From Oikopleura dioica (Eukaryota; Animalia; Chordata), in assembly GCA_907165135.1 (NCBI GenBank), contig OU015568.1:9920001-9984000 (forward strand): a stretch of 64,000 bases of DNA, given 5' to 3'. Shown here in pieces: positions 1 to 18,022 of the stretch. How positions within the stretch are numbered: position 1 is the first letter of the stretch; every line of letters starts with the position of its first letter. The notes beneath the pieces are model-generated. The model saw nothing but the letters and a program-made list of their open reading frames with translations, searched no databases and had not been told where the DNA came from. The position numbers were made by a program, and so were the translations under genes.

Positions 1-736
1 AGTTGTAAAGATAAAGAGGATCTGTTCCGCTGGATGAACGCGGTCTCCCTCGCGTCAATAGGCTACGATGCTGACGAATGCAAAACTATTGGAATAAAAA
101 AAAATAGATACAATTCATGCTCGATTCGGATGAACCGTGGAAGAAAAGTATTCAAAGTTTATTGAAACAATGCTAATGAAATGAATAAACGTAATTTTTT
201 AAAGCAAAATGCGTCAATTGGAAGTGACGGACAATCGATTTCTTCTAAAGAAGACGATCTCCTGAGCGACATGTCACTTGTTCAAATGAAGATTTCAAGA
301 GAAGAAACCCTCTTCCGGAAGAACGCGCAAATGCAAAAGTCAAAAAGCACGACATCGGACATCATGAGGCTCGTTGATGTCGTCGATATTACTTCTGGCC
401 TTACTCGCAAACAGGTAGAAAGTGCTGCGACTATCCTTCCTGAAACTTTCCTAGACAATGAAAAGACGCGCAGAAAACCTTTCCTCCGATCCGAAGCTAA
501 ACGAGCTCCTCCACAAAAAGCTCCAGCTTGAAAGAGAGCTTCGTTCAATGACGACAGACTTGGAGATAATCGAAAAACTACTCGATGTTCCCCCGACAAA
601 CGAAATTATTGACGATTTTCTCCAAAAACATGGAGACATAATTCCCAATTTGAAGGGAGAAACGAGCTCCCTAGAAGATTCTCTTTCCAGCCCGCAATCG
701 GATATTTCCTCAGCTACTGTAGATTCGCTTTGGTAA
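1..736 (+). CDS. 3' part of CNKSR/IPCEF1-like scaffold (end of PH domain + C-terminal coiled coil); 5' end outside window
   Basis: Frame 1 from base 1 reads SCKDKEDLFRWMNAVSLASIGY, like the PH C-terminal helix. After a GT-AG intron (~415-454) the last exon gives DPKLNELLHKKLQLERELRSMTTDLEIIEKLLDVP, matching the remembered CNKSR2/IPCEF1 tail [35 protein letters not shown]. Stop at 734-736. Confidence 0.7.
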
Positions 737-964
737 GCAAGTGCTTGTAGTTACATTCAGGCCATCCCAAAAACATAAACTTTCTGTAAAATTGCCATTC
801 TGCACAAAAAACAAGAAACTCACAAATAAAGAACGGTCGAACTCTTCACAATCGTGCGTCGATTTGTATGTAATTTGATATATTTTGAAATGGAACAGTA
901 CAGTAAGTGGCAGTCGAAAATTGGTAGAATCTACCAGGTAGATATTTACATCTCTCGCTCTTGT

Positions 965-1421
965 CTATTTTTCGAAATATTTCTTTGACTTTGTTGTAGC
1001 GGTTTTCTTTGTGAGCATTCTGTTGTAAGCTCTGGTGACAGCTCTTATGGTCTGGAAATCTATCGGGAAGTGACTGTCAAGTTTCACTTCTTTTTTTGAG
1101 GGACTGCAAGGAGTTTGTCTTGTAGGACTAGCATAAGCTGGTGTTGGTGGTGGAGACGGTGATTCTTGTTTGATTTCAGGTTCCTTGAATTTTGATTGTG
1201 TAGACAAGAGCTGATCGAGATGGTCAATCGCATTTATGCCGCTCCCCTAAAGATATTAAAAAAGGAGATTCTTGAGCACCAACCGTTGGGATAGATTCGA
1301 CCTCCGGGATTTCTTCATTCGAAGATGCCTGTTTCTTCTTGGAGTCCTTCTTTTTCCATCCTCTAAATTTACTTTTTGCTCTTGCTTTTCTTCTCTGTTG
1401 ATATCTGCTCTTAGAACCCAT
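965..1421 (-). CDS. small Lys-rich 2-exon protein whose 3' end derives from the RFC1 3' end
   Basis: ATG 1421 preceded by a TTTCAG acceptor (1442-1447). A phase-0 GT-AG intron ending ...ATCTTTAG joins MGSKSRYQQRR...EIPE to GSGINAIDHLDQLLSTQSKFKEPE...RAVTRAYNRMLTKKTATTKSKKYFEK*. It has DNA similarity to the RFC1 last exons and 3' UTR. Confidence 0.65.
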
Positions 1422-1584
1422 TTTTATGCAAAAGAACAAATCTGAAAATATAAATGTAACAGGTGTGCTCCAACAAAAATGACGAGCGATTTGGAATTAA
1501 ATGTGTATTTTTGTAATTGAACTTTTTTCAGTAAGTGGCAGTGCAGAATCACTCGATATCTACATGTAGCTCTAGCATAATCAT

Positions 1585-4500
1585 CTATTTCTTTGTTTTC
1601 TTTGCAGCGGTCTTCTTCGCAGGCGCCTTCTTCGCTGCCGCTTTTTTCGCCGGTTTGGCCTTTTTCATCGCTGCGATGATCGCTTCCTCGCTACAATTAA
1701 TGACCGTCATTATTAATTCGAAAAAATTTCCTACTCTTCTTCTCCGCTTTCCTCTTCGTCTTCTTCGCCTTCTACGTTTGCCGTCTTTTTCTTCTTTTTG
1801 ACCTTCATTTCGACGGCAAAAGGAACTGGAGCGCTGGATTTATTGTACGCCCTGGTGAGAGCTGCTTTGACTTTGGACTCAACACCTGCAAGTGGCTCCT
1901 TTTTGCCTACCCACTGCGTCAAGTCGAAAATGTTGTCCATGTCATCTTTCGTCAAGCTTGAAACTCATTATTTTACCTAGTCGCGGACTGTAACGTTACG
2001 GATACGCCGTTACCTGTAGTCGTTCATGAATTGAAGCACTTGTTCGACTCCTTCTCCAGCTCCAAGTTCTCCCTTCGTCTGGCGAATAAGTGGCTGGCTA
2101 AGACGCTCCCTAAAAGTGGGCCCGTGGGTAGACACCATTTGCCATCGATCACATTTTGATTGTAGACGAGTGTGCATCTTCAGCTGATCTTAAAAAATCG
2201 TGACGATGGAGGTCGAAGAAAAATGGCTTACCTGCAATTCTGGCGTTTTTGTTAGTGGTTGATATTTTGCCCAACTCTCTTGGAAAGTCGATTCGCTCGG
2301 TTAACCCTCCTCCCATGAGAGAGCCTGGGATGACGGTAGAAAAGGTAGCCACGGTTGGAAGTAGACTCCAGGCTTGTTTCGACATGATTTTTCGTTCGGC
2401 AAGCTCGGAGTAAGAAAGAGCGGAGGCAGATTTGGCGATAAGTTGGAGATGTTTCTAAAAAATTTTCGATAAAACACGTACAAAAAAGATATTAACAAAC
2501 CGTATTTTCTCCGTGGCTGATAGAAGCTGGTTTTGATTTGATGTAATTTTCAAAGACCATTTTTGGCATGAGACTGTAGTCTTGGAAAAAGAGTTCCTGC
2601 TTCTCGATAATTTGAGGTTGTGGTTTCGACCGATCAATACGGAAAATGCGAGGTAGAGCATCAAAGGGACCTATTTTCAAGTCTTTCTTGGCGCCATCAG
2701 CGGTTGATTTTGCGTCGTCGTATTCAACTTTTGTATCTGAATACAAAGTTCAAAAACAGAGCGATGTAGTAACGAACAACCATCTTTTTTGTTGACCGCC
2801 ATCATATTCAAAGTATTGATGGTTTGGCGAATATCCTGGTTGCAACTTCTGATGATTTCTTGAACAGCAGCAGGGGCAATCTTGAACTTTTCTTTGAAGC
2901 ATATCGACATCATCGCCCCTTAAAATTTCCATCGAATCATTATAAAGGATCTTACCGGTGATTTGCTCGACTCTGGGCTTCATAAATCGCAAGTCAAAGA
3001 CATAATTCGCCAAGGATCGCATTTTCGGGTGCATTCTGTCGTTGCAAATACAGATGATAGGAATGCTACTAATCTTGATCAGCCCAATGAGCTCAGCGAT
3101 TCCTCCTCGATCTTCATTTCCTGCCATTCCGTCGACCTCGTCCATGATGCAAATATATTTGCCGCTAACGACCTTCTTTGCTTCGGTTCGGAAGGCTTGA
3201 TCTACCGCGCTATTTGTGATGACTCCCTTGACAACGGAGCTGAGAGACTTCTTGTTTCGTGTATCAGAAGCGTTGAATTCGATCAACTCGAAACCCAAAG
3301 ACTTCGCGACTAAGTGAGCCGTCGTCGTCTTCCCAATCCCTGGCGGTCCAGATAGAAGAGCAGCGCGAAACGTCATGCCAGTCGGATCAATAGCTCCCTT
3401 AGCACCGGAAAACTTGGGCTTTGGTCGCTGGCCTTTCGGACAAGCTTGATGCTTCTCCCAATCCTTCAGCCAGACTAGCAACTTATTCGCACACGAAGCA
3501 TTTCCATTTTGCCCGACGATCTTTTTCATATCAGCAGGCTTGTATTTTTCCACCCACATAACAGCTGGATTAGCATTTTCATCCTTTGGTTGCGAAGTAG
3601 GTGCAGAAGGCGCGCTAGAAAACGGGTAAATTTTGATAATGAACGAAAGTTTCACCTTTTTGCTTCTTGTTTGACTTCCTTTTTGGCCTCTTTCTTCGGC
3701 GAAACATGCTTCTTTGGCGTGGCTTTCTTTGCTTTCTTCGCCTCTTGTTTTGCTTCTTCCTCGGCTTGAATTTCATATTTTGACTTCTTAGCCGGTTTCG
3801 ATCGGATGAGCTCAAGAACGAAGTCTTCATCGACGAGCTTCACCCCCTTCTCCTTCGCCTTGTTCAACTTGGACTGTCCGGGTTCTTCACCCACGACAAC
3901 GTAGCTTGTTTTCCCAGAAACGCTGGTTGTAAATTTGCCTCCATATCGTTGAATCAACGATTTCAACTCCTCTCGACCCAAAGAGTCTCCATCTCCAGTA
4001 GCGACGAAGGTGAGCCCTTCCAAACAGTTTTCTGCGCCGACGGGGATTTCTTTCGAACCAGGATTTCTCGGACCGCCGGCTCCCTGCTTCGCTTTGAACT
4101 TCAAGTAATTTGCCTTTCGAATTTCGGCCGGCGTTTTCGGCGCCTCCGTTTCCATCGATTCTTCAGAAGCATTCTTCTTGATTTCTAAAGCTTTAACATT
4201 CGGCAAAGACCTTTCTTTCTCGACCGGCTTCGGAAGATCTGGCTTTGGCAGATTCTTTTTGGGAGATTCTTTTTTCTGCACTTCCTGACTTTCGTTATCC
4301 GTTGATTTTCGTTTTGTCACTTCTGGCGAGCTTACTTTAGTCTTTTTCGTCGGAGCCTGTGTTAGATCGACGAGTTCTGCTTCACCAGATGCTTTTCGTT
4401 TCTTCGAATTTTCAGCCGCTTTATTTTTCTTTTTGAAAAAGTCTTTGGGGCTCACTGCGACTTTCTCCACAGCTGGCTTTGCTGCCTTCGCCTGTGCCTT

Positions 4501-4629
4501 TGGATTAGGATTTTCCTTCTCTGGTTCTTCATCGGACGAGTCAAGCGCTTTTCGAGCTTTTTTATTCTTTTTAGCCTCGGCTTTGAACTCAGGGGTCATC
4601 CCCTTATTCAACCATTTTCGTATATCCAT
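1585..4629 (-). CDS. RFC1: Replication factor C subunit 1 (BRCT + AAA+ + C-terminal domain), multi-exon
   Basis: BRCT (CLEGLTFVATG...IQRYGGKFTTSVSGKTSYVVVGEEPGQSK), WVEKYKP, Walker A SGPPGIGKTT, EFNASDTR, MDEVDGM, ICICND, and C-terminal KVKAALTRAYNK. All introns joined as canonical GT-AG; stop 1585-1587. Confidence 0.97.
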
Positions 4630-4969
4630 TCTGAAAAAGAATCAAGCTTTATTGATTGATTTATTGAGCTAAAAATTAATTTAGCTTCAACCTTGCTGAT
4701 GTACGTGAATGCACGTGCTTTTATCAACACTAGTTACGTACTTAATTCAATAGTTATCCGATAATTATCTCTCTGAATTATTTTTGTTCCAGGATCGACT
4801 ACTCTCAGATAAGTACCATTTATCTAAGTCAATCAAAAACCAAAAAAAGGAACGAACTTTTAAACATAAACTTGTTATTGCATGTAAAAGGGGCAGTTTG
4901 ATAGATCATAATTATCCGTAGCAGTGATCACATAAATTTTGACTAAAGGTTGACGCTTCAAAGAACTTT

Positions 4970-7880
<2,911 letters not shown>

Positions 7881-8021
7881 TTTTTCACGAAAAATCTCCT
7901 CTAAAATTGGCAATAAAGAGGGAGAAACGAAAATCGTTCAAAAGCCTGGCGGCGCGGCCAATGAGATTTCGCCCGAATTTTCTGAAGGGGAAAATTTACT
8001 CTTTTCTAAATTTCGCACAAG
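7881..8021. promoter_or_regulatory. short bidirectional promoter between DHX15 and NOL9
   Basis: Only 141 nt separate the divergent ATGs; contains a GC-rich GGCGGCGCGG stretch followed by CCAAT. Confidence 0.6.
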
Positions 8022-9852
8022 ATGAAAGAAGAAAAGATGGACACTGAGATTTCTGCGAGAAGAGAAGAAGTTTATGCGTACGAAACAAAATTGAGAAAAG
8101 AGGCTATGAAGATAGATGAGATTTCAAAAGTTTCTGGAGAAGGAGTTGTTAGAGAGCTGAGAAGATCAATTACAGTAAGAGGATTCGGAAAATGCAGAGT
8201 AGTCAAGTACAGTACAGTTAATAAAACACGAATGATGTTATTTTAGAGGTAAAGTGCTTTGCGAAGGGTACGAGTTCGACTCCGATTCCGAAGCGTTTCA
8301 AATTTACGCCCCAACTGGTCACCACGCCGTTGAAATTTTTCCTCTTGGTTCTGACGCCACTGTCGAGTTTTTCCGAGGAACTCGTGTCAAGACCTTTTCT
8401 GAGTTGGAAAGTGGCATGTTTCCGGTAAAAGACAAAGTTGACGGAGAAGAAATTATTTCTGGGCTGTATCAAACGAGAGAAGACGGCTTTGTAGTTCCAA
8501 AGGAGCTCAATGGTGTCATTTCGTCCATCAAAGACTGCCACTTCAGAAATATCATGATCATCGGAGGAAAAGGGTCTGGGAAGTCGTCTGCGAACCGATA
8601 TGCCTGCAACATGATGTTGAAGAAGTATGGGAAAGTGATTTGGGTGGAATGCGATCCTGGACAGCCAGAATTCGATGTTCCCGGATTCATGAGCCTGACT
8701 GAAGTTCATCTACCTCGAATCGGCCCTAGTTACTGTACATTAGGTCAAGCATATTACAAAACAAGAGGTAACATTTCTTATCCAAGACATAATTCCATTA
8801 GGTATTGCTTGTAGCTCGAACATTTCTTGGCGACGTTTCTCCAGGTCAAAATCCGCGACGATACATGCAATGTGTCAATTTTCTCCAATCACAGTTGAAA
8901 CTTCATTATCGAAACTCGGGCCTTCCCGTTATTTACAACGGCATGGGCTGGATCCGAGCACTTGGCCTCGCCCTTACACAGGATATCATCAGAGATTGCA
9001 ATGTAGAACTGGTTTATTATCTGAAAGCGAATTCTTCGAATGATCTGCCTGATGGAATGGATCCACAAGCCTTATTAGCTACGAGGGGTTATCTATCTTA
9101 TCCAACGTAAGTTATGCATTCACAAACCTAATCCTTATCCTCTTTAGTCCTGATGACGGCCGAGTAAAAATCGTAGAAGACCTGAGCGTCACTGTCAAAG
9201 CTGCTATTGACCGAAAACGAATCACTAAAGGCTCTCAGCGAGAATGGCACGCGCGGGACAAACGAGACGCGTTGTATTCGATCTATTTCCACCGAATTTT
9301 CAACGACCCGGATTACATGAGTCCCTGTAGAATCAGCTTGAATGATTGCGTCTTCAATATTTTGAATAGAAATGTGAGGGATATATTTGCATTGCTGAAG
9401 CATTCGCTTGTTGGATTGGGAAGAATTGAAAGAAATTACTTTCCAAGATTAGATCGAGATGGTAATTTAACTTTTTTAAAACAGACTTGAATGTATTTTT
9501 AGGTTTTAGAAGGATATCGTACGATAATGGCTTTGAGTCTTGCTACGGGTTCGCTTGGATCATGGACGTTGATTTGGCTAAAGGAGAAATTCTGATTCAC
9601 TCGGACTTGACGCTAGAAGAACTGAAAGAGTTAGACATAAATTGCTTTATTTGCGCTAACTTATCACTGCCACTGTAAGTATCCCTGAAATTAACAGGCC
9701 ATTGACGATGTTTAAGTGATAATTTCTTTGAAAAAGAAGCACAGAAAGCCTACCCGAAGACAAAGCCGTATCTTCATATGCGAAATTATGACTTAGCCAC
9801 TGCTAACAAGTTCAAAAATACTCAAGTTCTGAAGAAAAAGACTGAAAAATGA
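8022..9852 (+). CDS. NOL9: Polynucleotide 5'-hydroxyl kinase NOL9/Grc3, 6 exons
   Basis: P-loop GGKGSGKSS, ECDPGQPEF, FLGDVSP, YNGMGWIRALG, and C-terminal CYGFAWIMDVD. All introns join in frame as GT-AG; stop 9850-9852. Confidence 0.88.
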
Positions 9853-10069
9853 AAGTTTAATAAATTAATCCTTTCAAAAAGCAGTTTCAACAGCAGTTTT
9901 TTGTCGCACGCAAAAGCAGGAGATTATAAAAAGACGTAGTAATTACGAGATGAATGAGTAATCGTTAATTCAAAAGGTAAAATCGAAGAAAGCCGTAACA
10001 AGCTGCCTGACCATCGATTGAGCTTTTGTTAGAGTTGAAAGCGCTGTCTCTAGAACAATTTGTTTGTTT

Positions 10070-10700
10070 TGACTGAAAGTTGGCTGGAAGAGATCCAGGA
10101 AGTTGTGAAGAAGGCGCCTTGGTTGAGTTATGTCTTCAGTGAGAAGGTAATTGAGGCTGGAATTGATTACTTAGGGACTCAGAAGATTGAGTGAAAGATT
10201 CTCTATCTAAATGACTAAATCAAAAATCTTAAAAACTTTTCTTTCGACGCTAAAATGGCTTCGTAGGGACACGATGCTGGAAGACACTCTTCTTGAGAAC
10301 TCCGAGCTAAAGAAGAAGATCGAAAAGCTCGAGGACAAGATCAGGAATCAAGAAGAAAAGATAAAATCTTTGGAAGAAAAGAAAGACAAGTACAAGAAGG
10401 AAGCTGCTGCCGCAAAAGGGTTGAAAATCCGCGAAGGTTTCCTTGATTAAATTCGAAAATTTCTCGAAAGTTTCTACTTTTCAGATAATTTCGATGAAAA
10501 TCGTCAGAAAAGATACGAGTCGATTAGAACGAAGTATGGAATGAAAGACCCCAACGCAGCGAATCCTTTTGACAAGGGTTTAAAAGATTTAAAGCCTTTA
10601 CTTTTCAGTTGAACAAATCTTTAAACTTTTTGAAGACGACTGTGTCCAAGAGAGCCCGAAGAAGAAGGGATTCTTTGGAGGTTTCTTTGGAAGTTCTTGA
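10070..10700 (+). CDS. small coiled-coil protein of unknown function (5' end uncertain)
   Basis: Spliced reading DTMLEDTLLENSELKKKIEKLEDKI...DNFDENRQKRYESIRTKYGMKDPNAANPFDK...KKKGFFGGFFGSS* with GT-AG junctions. Confidence 0.6.
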
Positions 10701-11534
10701 TCTAACTGTTTAACCAAGCACGCAATAAACCATTACATTTTTAAATTTATGATTAGATTTCATCCTTTTTTAAGCAAAAAGCCAAAAAATCGATTTTTTG
10801 CTGTTTTCAAATTTGTTGTTTTGAAAATTCTAGGTCCGTGTTCTCGAGATCAAATGTAAAAAGAACCACTCGACCACCAAAATTTTGCCTAAAAACGGAC
10901 GGAAATCGTAATTACGAAGTCTGTACCGGATAAAATCTGTTGTAATTTCTTGCGAATCACGAGAACCTGATGCTTTTACAGAAGAGCTGCAATTTAAAAT
11001 GAAAAAGGCAAAATTACACCCATTTTTCATGGAAATATGGTTTCAAATGCGTCTAGCTCGTCGAATATTTCGCCGATCAATTTTTTATTCAGATGGCTAG
11101 AAAGAGCAGACTCAAGTGCATCCATTACGCATTCAAGTCTACCGCCAGCATGCATTCCCTCATTTTCCCGTTGAAAAATTGATCACCGCCGGTTTAAAAG
11201 TCGACCGGCGCGGGGTGTTTTCAAGTTTCGAAATTTTCTAGAACTGATCCCTTAGAACGTCCTCCGCGCCGATTTTCCTCATTCTTGTCGAAAACACCGA
11301 CCAGGTAAGAGCTATTTTTGAAAATGCGGAGCCCTCGCCAAATTTTTTTTTTGAAATTTTTTTTCGAAATTTTTTGTTAGAGAGACTAATGCCTAACATG
11401 AGAGAGTTACTGTAGGGGACCGGAGGTCTCTTCAATTTTACTTATGAAATTTTTACTTAGCATTTTTTTTCTAAACCTGACCTGGGTCTGGGTTACGTAT
11501 GCAATCATGGAAGAGAACCTTATCTAACGTATGA

Positions 11535-13199
<1,665 letters not shown>

Positions 13200-15479
13200 A
13201 TCCAGAGCGACGACACCTAAAGTCCTTCAGTGGGGGGGTAACCTTCCCACTGAAGGCAAACCACTTCTTCAAGGCGCCTGGGTACCAGCCAAGTGCCCTG
13301 TACAAAAACCACCACCAACCTCAAATCTGCAACAGTTCAGCTGCAGTTTTATTGCCCCCTCCTAGCTTCGGCTTGGAGGTGTTAATAAATTAAATTAAAA
13401 CTATCCTTTGTGTCACTTGTCATTTTATTCCGGTCGTGTCGGTAGTTGATTGTAGTCTTGGTTGATAGGTAGTACGAGAGTTATCAGAAAACCGCTAGAA
13501 CACCTTTCGCGTTGTGATAGCTTTTATCTTTCCGCCCGCGGAATTGTTAATTTACATCGTTCTTATCACAGACCTCTAGTCGCGGTACTTGTCGTCAGTA
13601 AGAGTTGAACCCGGGACAGATTTGAACAGGAGCGTGTATCTGATCAGAGTAATTAATCTGTTTGGAGCGGCGCGTCAGGCTGATAACAAACTTAGAAGAT
13701 TAGTCAGTTGACAGGCGTCGGACAGGTTAGTAAGTGCGTGCGACTTTTTGAGGTCATCGCTTGAGGAAATGACGACAGAATCAGAAGTCACGGTAATTTT
13801 ACTGTACGCCTCTGATGTGAAAATTAGATGTTCATTACATAGATTACGGTAAAATTGGATTTTTTGACAGCAAATCATTGATTTCAACTACTATTTATTC
13901 AAATGGAATCGTAAAAAATGAAATGACATGAATGTTGAAATTTTCAATTGAATAATTTTTCGGTGAAATTTATTGTTTTTGATTAATTTGATTAGTCGCA
14001 CGTTCTAAAAGGTCGTGAGACCGCGCGAAACGCGGCGCATTTTAGGTATTTAAATTGATCCGGGCGTAAATAAATTTCTGCTTGGGCATAAGCCGTCGTC
14101 TTAGAACTTAATGCTGCCGGGTACTGTACAGTGTTTAAGGTTGTTTGAAAGGAGCTTTGTGTGATATAGCTGGACTCTCTGTTGGTTTAGCTTTATCCCC
14201 GCTTGTGGGCATGTCCTCCCTACTCCGCTATATTTCAGTTGAAAAATTCTCAGTCGGAGAAAACCCTTTCGAGGCCGACTCAGAAATTTGGAAAACTTTT
14301 TTTTCTTCAGAGAGAGTTGGGAAGATGAAAAATGTTGGAAAAGGCAAAGAGAATGTTTTTCAGTAGAGACAAGATGCGCAAACGGGTGGAACGGCGCACG
14401 ATAAGAATTGAATTAGAAGCGACGATTGATGGGAGCAGGACGGCGACTTTGACGGTTGATGTGAGTTTTTCAGGCTTTCGGAGTGAAATACCAAGGGGTT
14501 CTTGTCTTGCTAGCTGGGGAAAATGAGTTATAACACAGTTTGAAACTCGATTTTTCGAGTGGTTTGAAGATCAAGTTTCTTAATCGTTTGTCAAGATCGG
14601 ATGTAGTCAATGCATCAATCCATAATAATTTAGACGTCAGACTCAGTCCTCAATAGAGCTTATACTGCAATTATATTCGGGACTTGATTTAATTAGCATA
14701 AAATTGATTGAGATGCGAACAAGCGACTCTTCGAAACAAGGCGGTGTCGGATAATTGCGGCCAAAAATTCACACGTACTTATTTCTCTGCCCCACCACGC
14801 ACCTTGTCGAATAAATAACTTGTTCGTAAATATTCTGAATTCAGCCCAGATGGACGGTCAAAACCGTGCTGCTTGAGATCTGCCGAGTTCCTGATCTGGA
14901 GATTCGCCAAAATTACATTTTCGGATTGGCAAAAGAGAAAGGTAAATCTCCGTGACCAATGCATTTCCCATTTCTTCCTTTGATCTTTTGCTATTGCCGC
15001 AACATAGGAGATGAGCCGCAATAGACGATCTTTCGTAAACTTTATAAAAAAAAGAATAGACAGCTGCATAATTTATGCGCCACAAGTGAAAAACGTAATT
15101 ATCCAGTGTCGGGTTAAACATGATTTGAATTTTGAGCGGATCGTGTAAAACAAGATTGAGCAAAGTTTAAAAGCTCTGTTTGGGCTTAAATAAATGTTCA
15201 TGAAGATTTTCGCAGCTACGGTAATGCAAGCGATGGTAGAAGAATTTCCTGTCTGTGAGACAGAATGCTTTGAAGATCAAACGATTTTCTTTGCATTCGA
15301 CTTTTTGAATATCTGATAACTGTGTCGCCATTGCTTGCGGTAAATAAATCTCAGAAGCAGAAACACTCTCCACGCTGTTGAATTTTAAAAAGCTCAACCC
15401 GGCTTTTGGGGGATTAAACGCACATGCTCCTGTGATATCGAAAACTCTAGTGCCTATCGGCTTATCTTGCTATCTTAGA

Positions 15480-17427
15480 GAGTAAGAGTGATAAGATATT
15501 GGAATTGGCGAGCTATGATAATTTGAGAATTTTAGACGGAGAGTTGTATTTTCTGCAGAAAGACAAGGCGATCGGAGACGAGGCACCTAAGGGCTGGAAA
15601 GATGGGAAAGACCCAAAGCCTTTTGACGTTCATCTCAAGGTAAAATTATCTTATAAAGATAGCTCGACAAAATTGTTGGTTTCGTTATTTGAAAATTCGT
15701 TAGAGAGATTGGTTTAGGTGCAATTTTTTGTCGTGCATCCAGAAATGCAGCTGCTTGACGCTGGAAGCCGCAGATACTATTATCTCTCCATAAAGAATAA
15801 ACTCGCCAAGAAACGGTTCATTTCTTTTCTTAAAGTTCTACTCTCTACCTTTCATTCTTTTTTTCTGAACTGAGTCTGAGTCAAATGTAATATGGCCATT
15901 AGAGCAAATTATGGAGACGGTTGCCTTCGCGCTGCAGGTTTGTTGATTGGGTCTCATTAGCTCTGGAATGTTGAAATTATAGTCGGAGTATGGCGACCAG
16001 GATCCCAGCAAGTTCCAGGCAGCGGCTCAGAGATTTTCGCCGGAAATGCGCGGCGCATATTTAGCGCTAAACAAAATGGAACAACTTCCGGGGAGATTCT
16101 TGAGATCCTCGCGACGTACAATCCGGAATCGATGATGTTCAATCATTTTTCAGAACTCTTAAATTCCTAGTAACAAGGAAAAAGTTCCCATTTTAGTAAG
16201 TAAATGTCTGCTTATCTAATAAAAACAGCGCTGAGCCGTATCTAAAGCGTCCCGGGAGTGCTTATTTTCGTTTGGCTCACTTCCTCCCTCCCTGGGTCTT
16301 CTCCGATCAAAAAGTGCTAGAACTCGGGCGCGAGCGATTCCTGCGCAAGTGTCTCGGCCATTTGCACAGGTAAGTGTTATCAAAACACTTCTAAGCTGAA
16401 AATGAACTGTTCAGAAATTTACGCGGAAAGAGCAAATTTCAAGCTCAACTTGATTTCATCGAAGCTGCCTCCAAGATTGAAGATACTACAGGCAACAGCT
16501 ACCTCTTATACAAAAACAAACTCGGCAAAGTCCCCGCAGCAAGAATCGACATTGCCTTAGGCGGGATCCGATTTTTCAAACCAACTCCTCGAAACTCAAT
16601 TCCTACAAAGGTAAAGGAACTCTTTTTATTTTCTTCAGATTTCAATTTTAGCTTTTTGACTTCAAATGGTCGCAAATATGCTCTTTCCGAATTTCAAATA
16701 AGAAATTCGTGCTCCGCCAAGAAGATCAACCTGCCTGCCGAAAACTCGTATTTTCTTGCCTCTCGCACAAACGTGCTCGTTATTTGGTAAGAACTACAGT
16801 AGTTAATTTCTTGCAAATTTATTTTTACAATACGGATTTTGTTAAATCACCGCCCAACCCTTATTTTCTAGCTAATGTTTATCACGCAAACACACATCTT
16901 CGACTATCACCAACAGAAGATGTACAAGCCGCCTCAAAACGCTCTGCTCAAGAATATAGCTACCTCAAAGCCTGCCGTCGAGAATTCAGTCGACGAGTGG
17001 TCTCCCAAACGCATGATTATTTTAGAAGACTACGCCAGAAACAACTCCAACGCGGAGAAGGAAGATGATGATGTTTTCTTCATTGACGTGAGCAGCTCTA
17101 CGCTTAAAACGAACAACCCTGCTAGCCGAGCGCTCTCAGTTTCTACCCCTAAGCGACCGGAAGTCGTTGATCGTCTCCAAGGTCAGCTTTGATGCATTTT
17201 ACAAGCGCTTAAAATCGTTTTAGTCAAAATTCCAAGACACACGTCTATGTCAGCCGCGGACCAACCTGATCGACCAAATGGTGGTCTCAGGTACCAATCA
17301 ATGTTAAAAAAATTCTCTCTCTTCAAACTGTTTTAGGACATCTCCATTAGCTGTGCCAGCAATACCTCAGCGCCCGCCAGTGGCGCAAATTCCATCGAAA
17401 ATCCCACTCGCCGTTCTTTGTGAATAA
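15480..17427 (+). CDS. FERM-domain protein (PTPN13/FRMD6-type FERM) with low-complexity tail; 5' exon(s) not located
   Basis: Spliced APKGWKD...FDVHLK|VQFFVVHPEMQLLD...YYYLSIKNKL, VAFALQ|SEYGD, AQLDFIEAASKIE, HKRARYL|LMFITQTH follows the FERM F1-F2-F3 pattern; stop 17425-17427. Confidence 0.75.
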
Positions 17428-17739
17428 ACATGCACTAAATATTTGAGATATTCGATTTATTATGTTCTTGTATACAGCAGATAAGATGATTTGGGCGCAG
17501 CTTTGATCGTGCTGCAGATTTTCATTTATTTGTGAGGCAGCTCATATTGTTGACGTTTTGGAGGCATTTGAAGGTGTCCGTTTCGCGGAAATCTTCCTTT
17601 TCTTGAATAAATTATTAAAACTTCTGTCAAGTGAATATTCAGTCATAAATTTGGGTCATCACTCAGTAGCTTATGCGCACTTTATCAGGTCAAATTGAAC
17701 CATACGTCTGTATAACAGATAACATACTGTATTATACAT

Positions 17740-18022
17740 GACCTTCTCGCCCTGCAGCCATGATGATGACAAGAAGTAAAAGGAACAAAACGACCAGAGT
17801 AAATTACTCTGAGTAATGTCGTCGAGAATAAATTAAAGATTGAATCTTACTTGTAAGTTTCGCCTCTTCAATGATCAAAAGCACGATCCCTGGCGCAGCC
17901 GTCATAATGATCAGACTAATGAGCAAAATAGCCAATTTCAAGCAATGGTTCTCTCGACCCGCGGAACTGCCCATCCAGTGACGTGCATCTTCTATGTCTT
18001 CACTGTTACTGAACATATTCAT
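17740..18022 (-). CDS. possible small membrane protein
   Basis: ORF with hydrophobic helix LAILLISLIIMTAAPGIVLLII followed by a GTAAG donor; downstream exon frame could not be resolved. Confidence 0.3.

Noticed and set aside
10480-10580. IRxKYG...NPF motif like the PTTG1IP or complexin tail
   Set aside because: Short motif only; no TM or PSI domain to support homology.
14100-15400. ORFs of 64-101 aa on both strands between tubulin and the FERM gene
   Set aside because: No motifs or consistent splice pattern; may hide FERM 5' exons but this cannot be shown.
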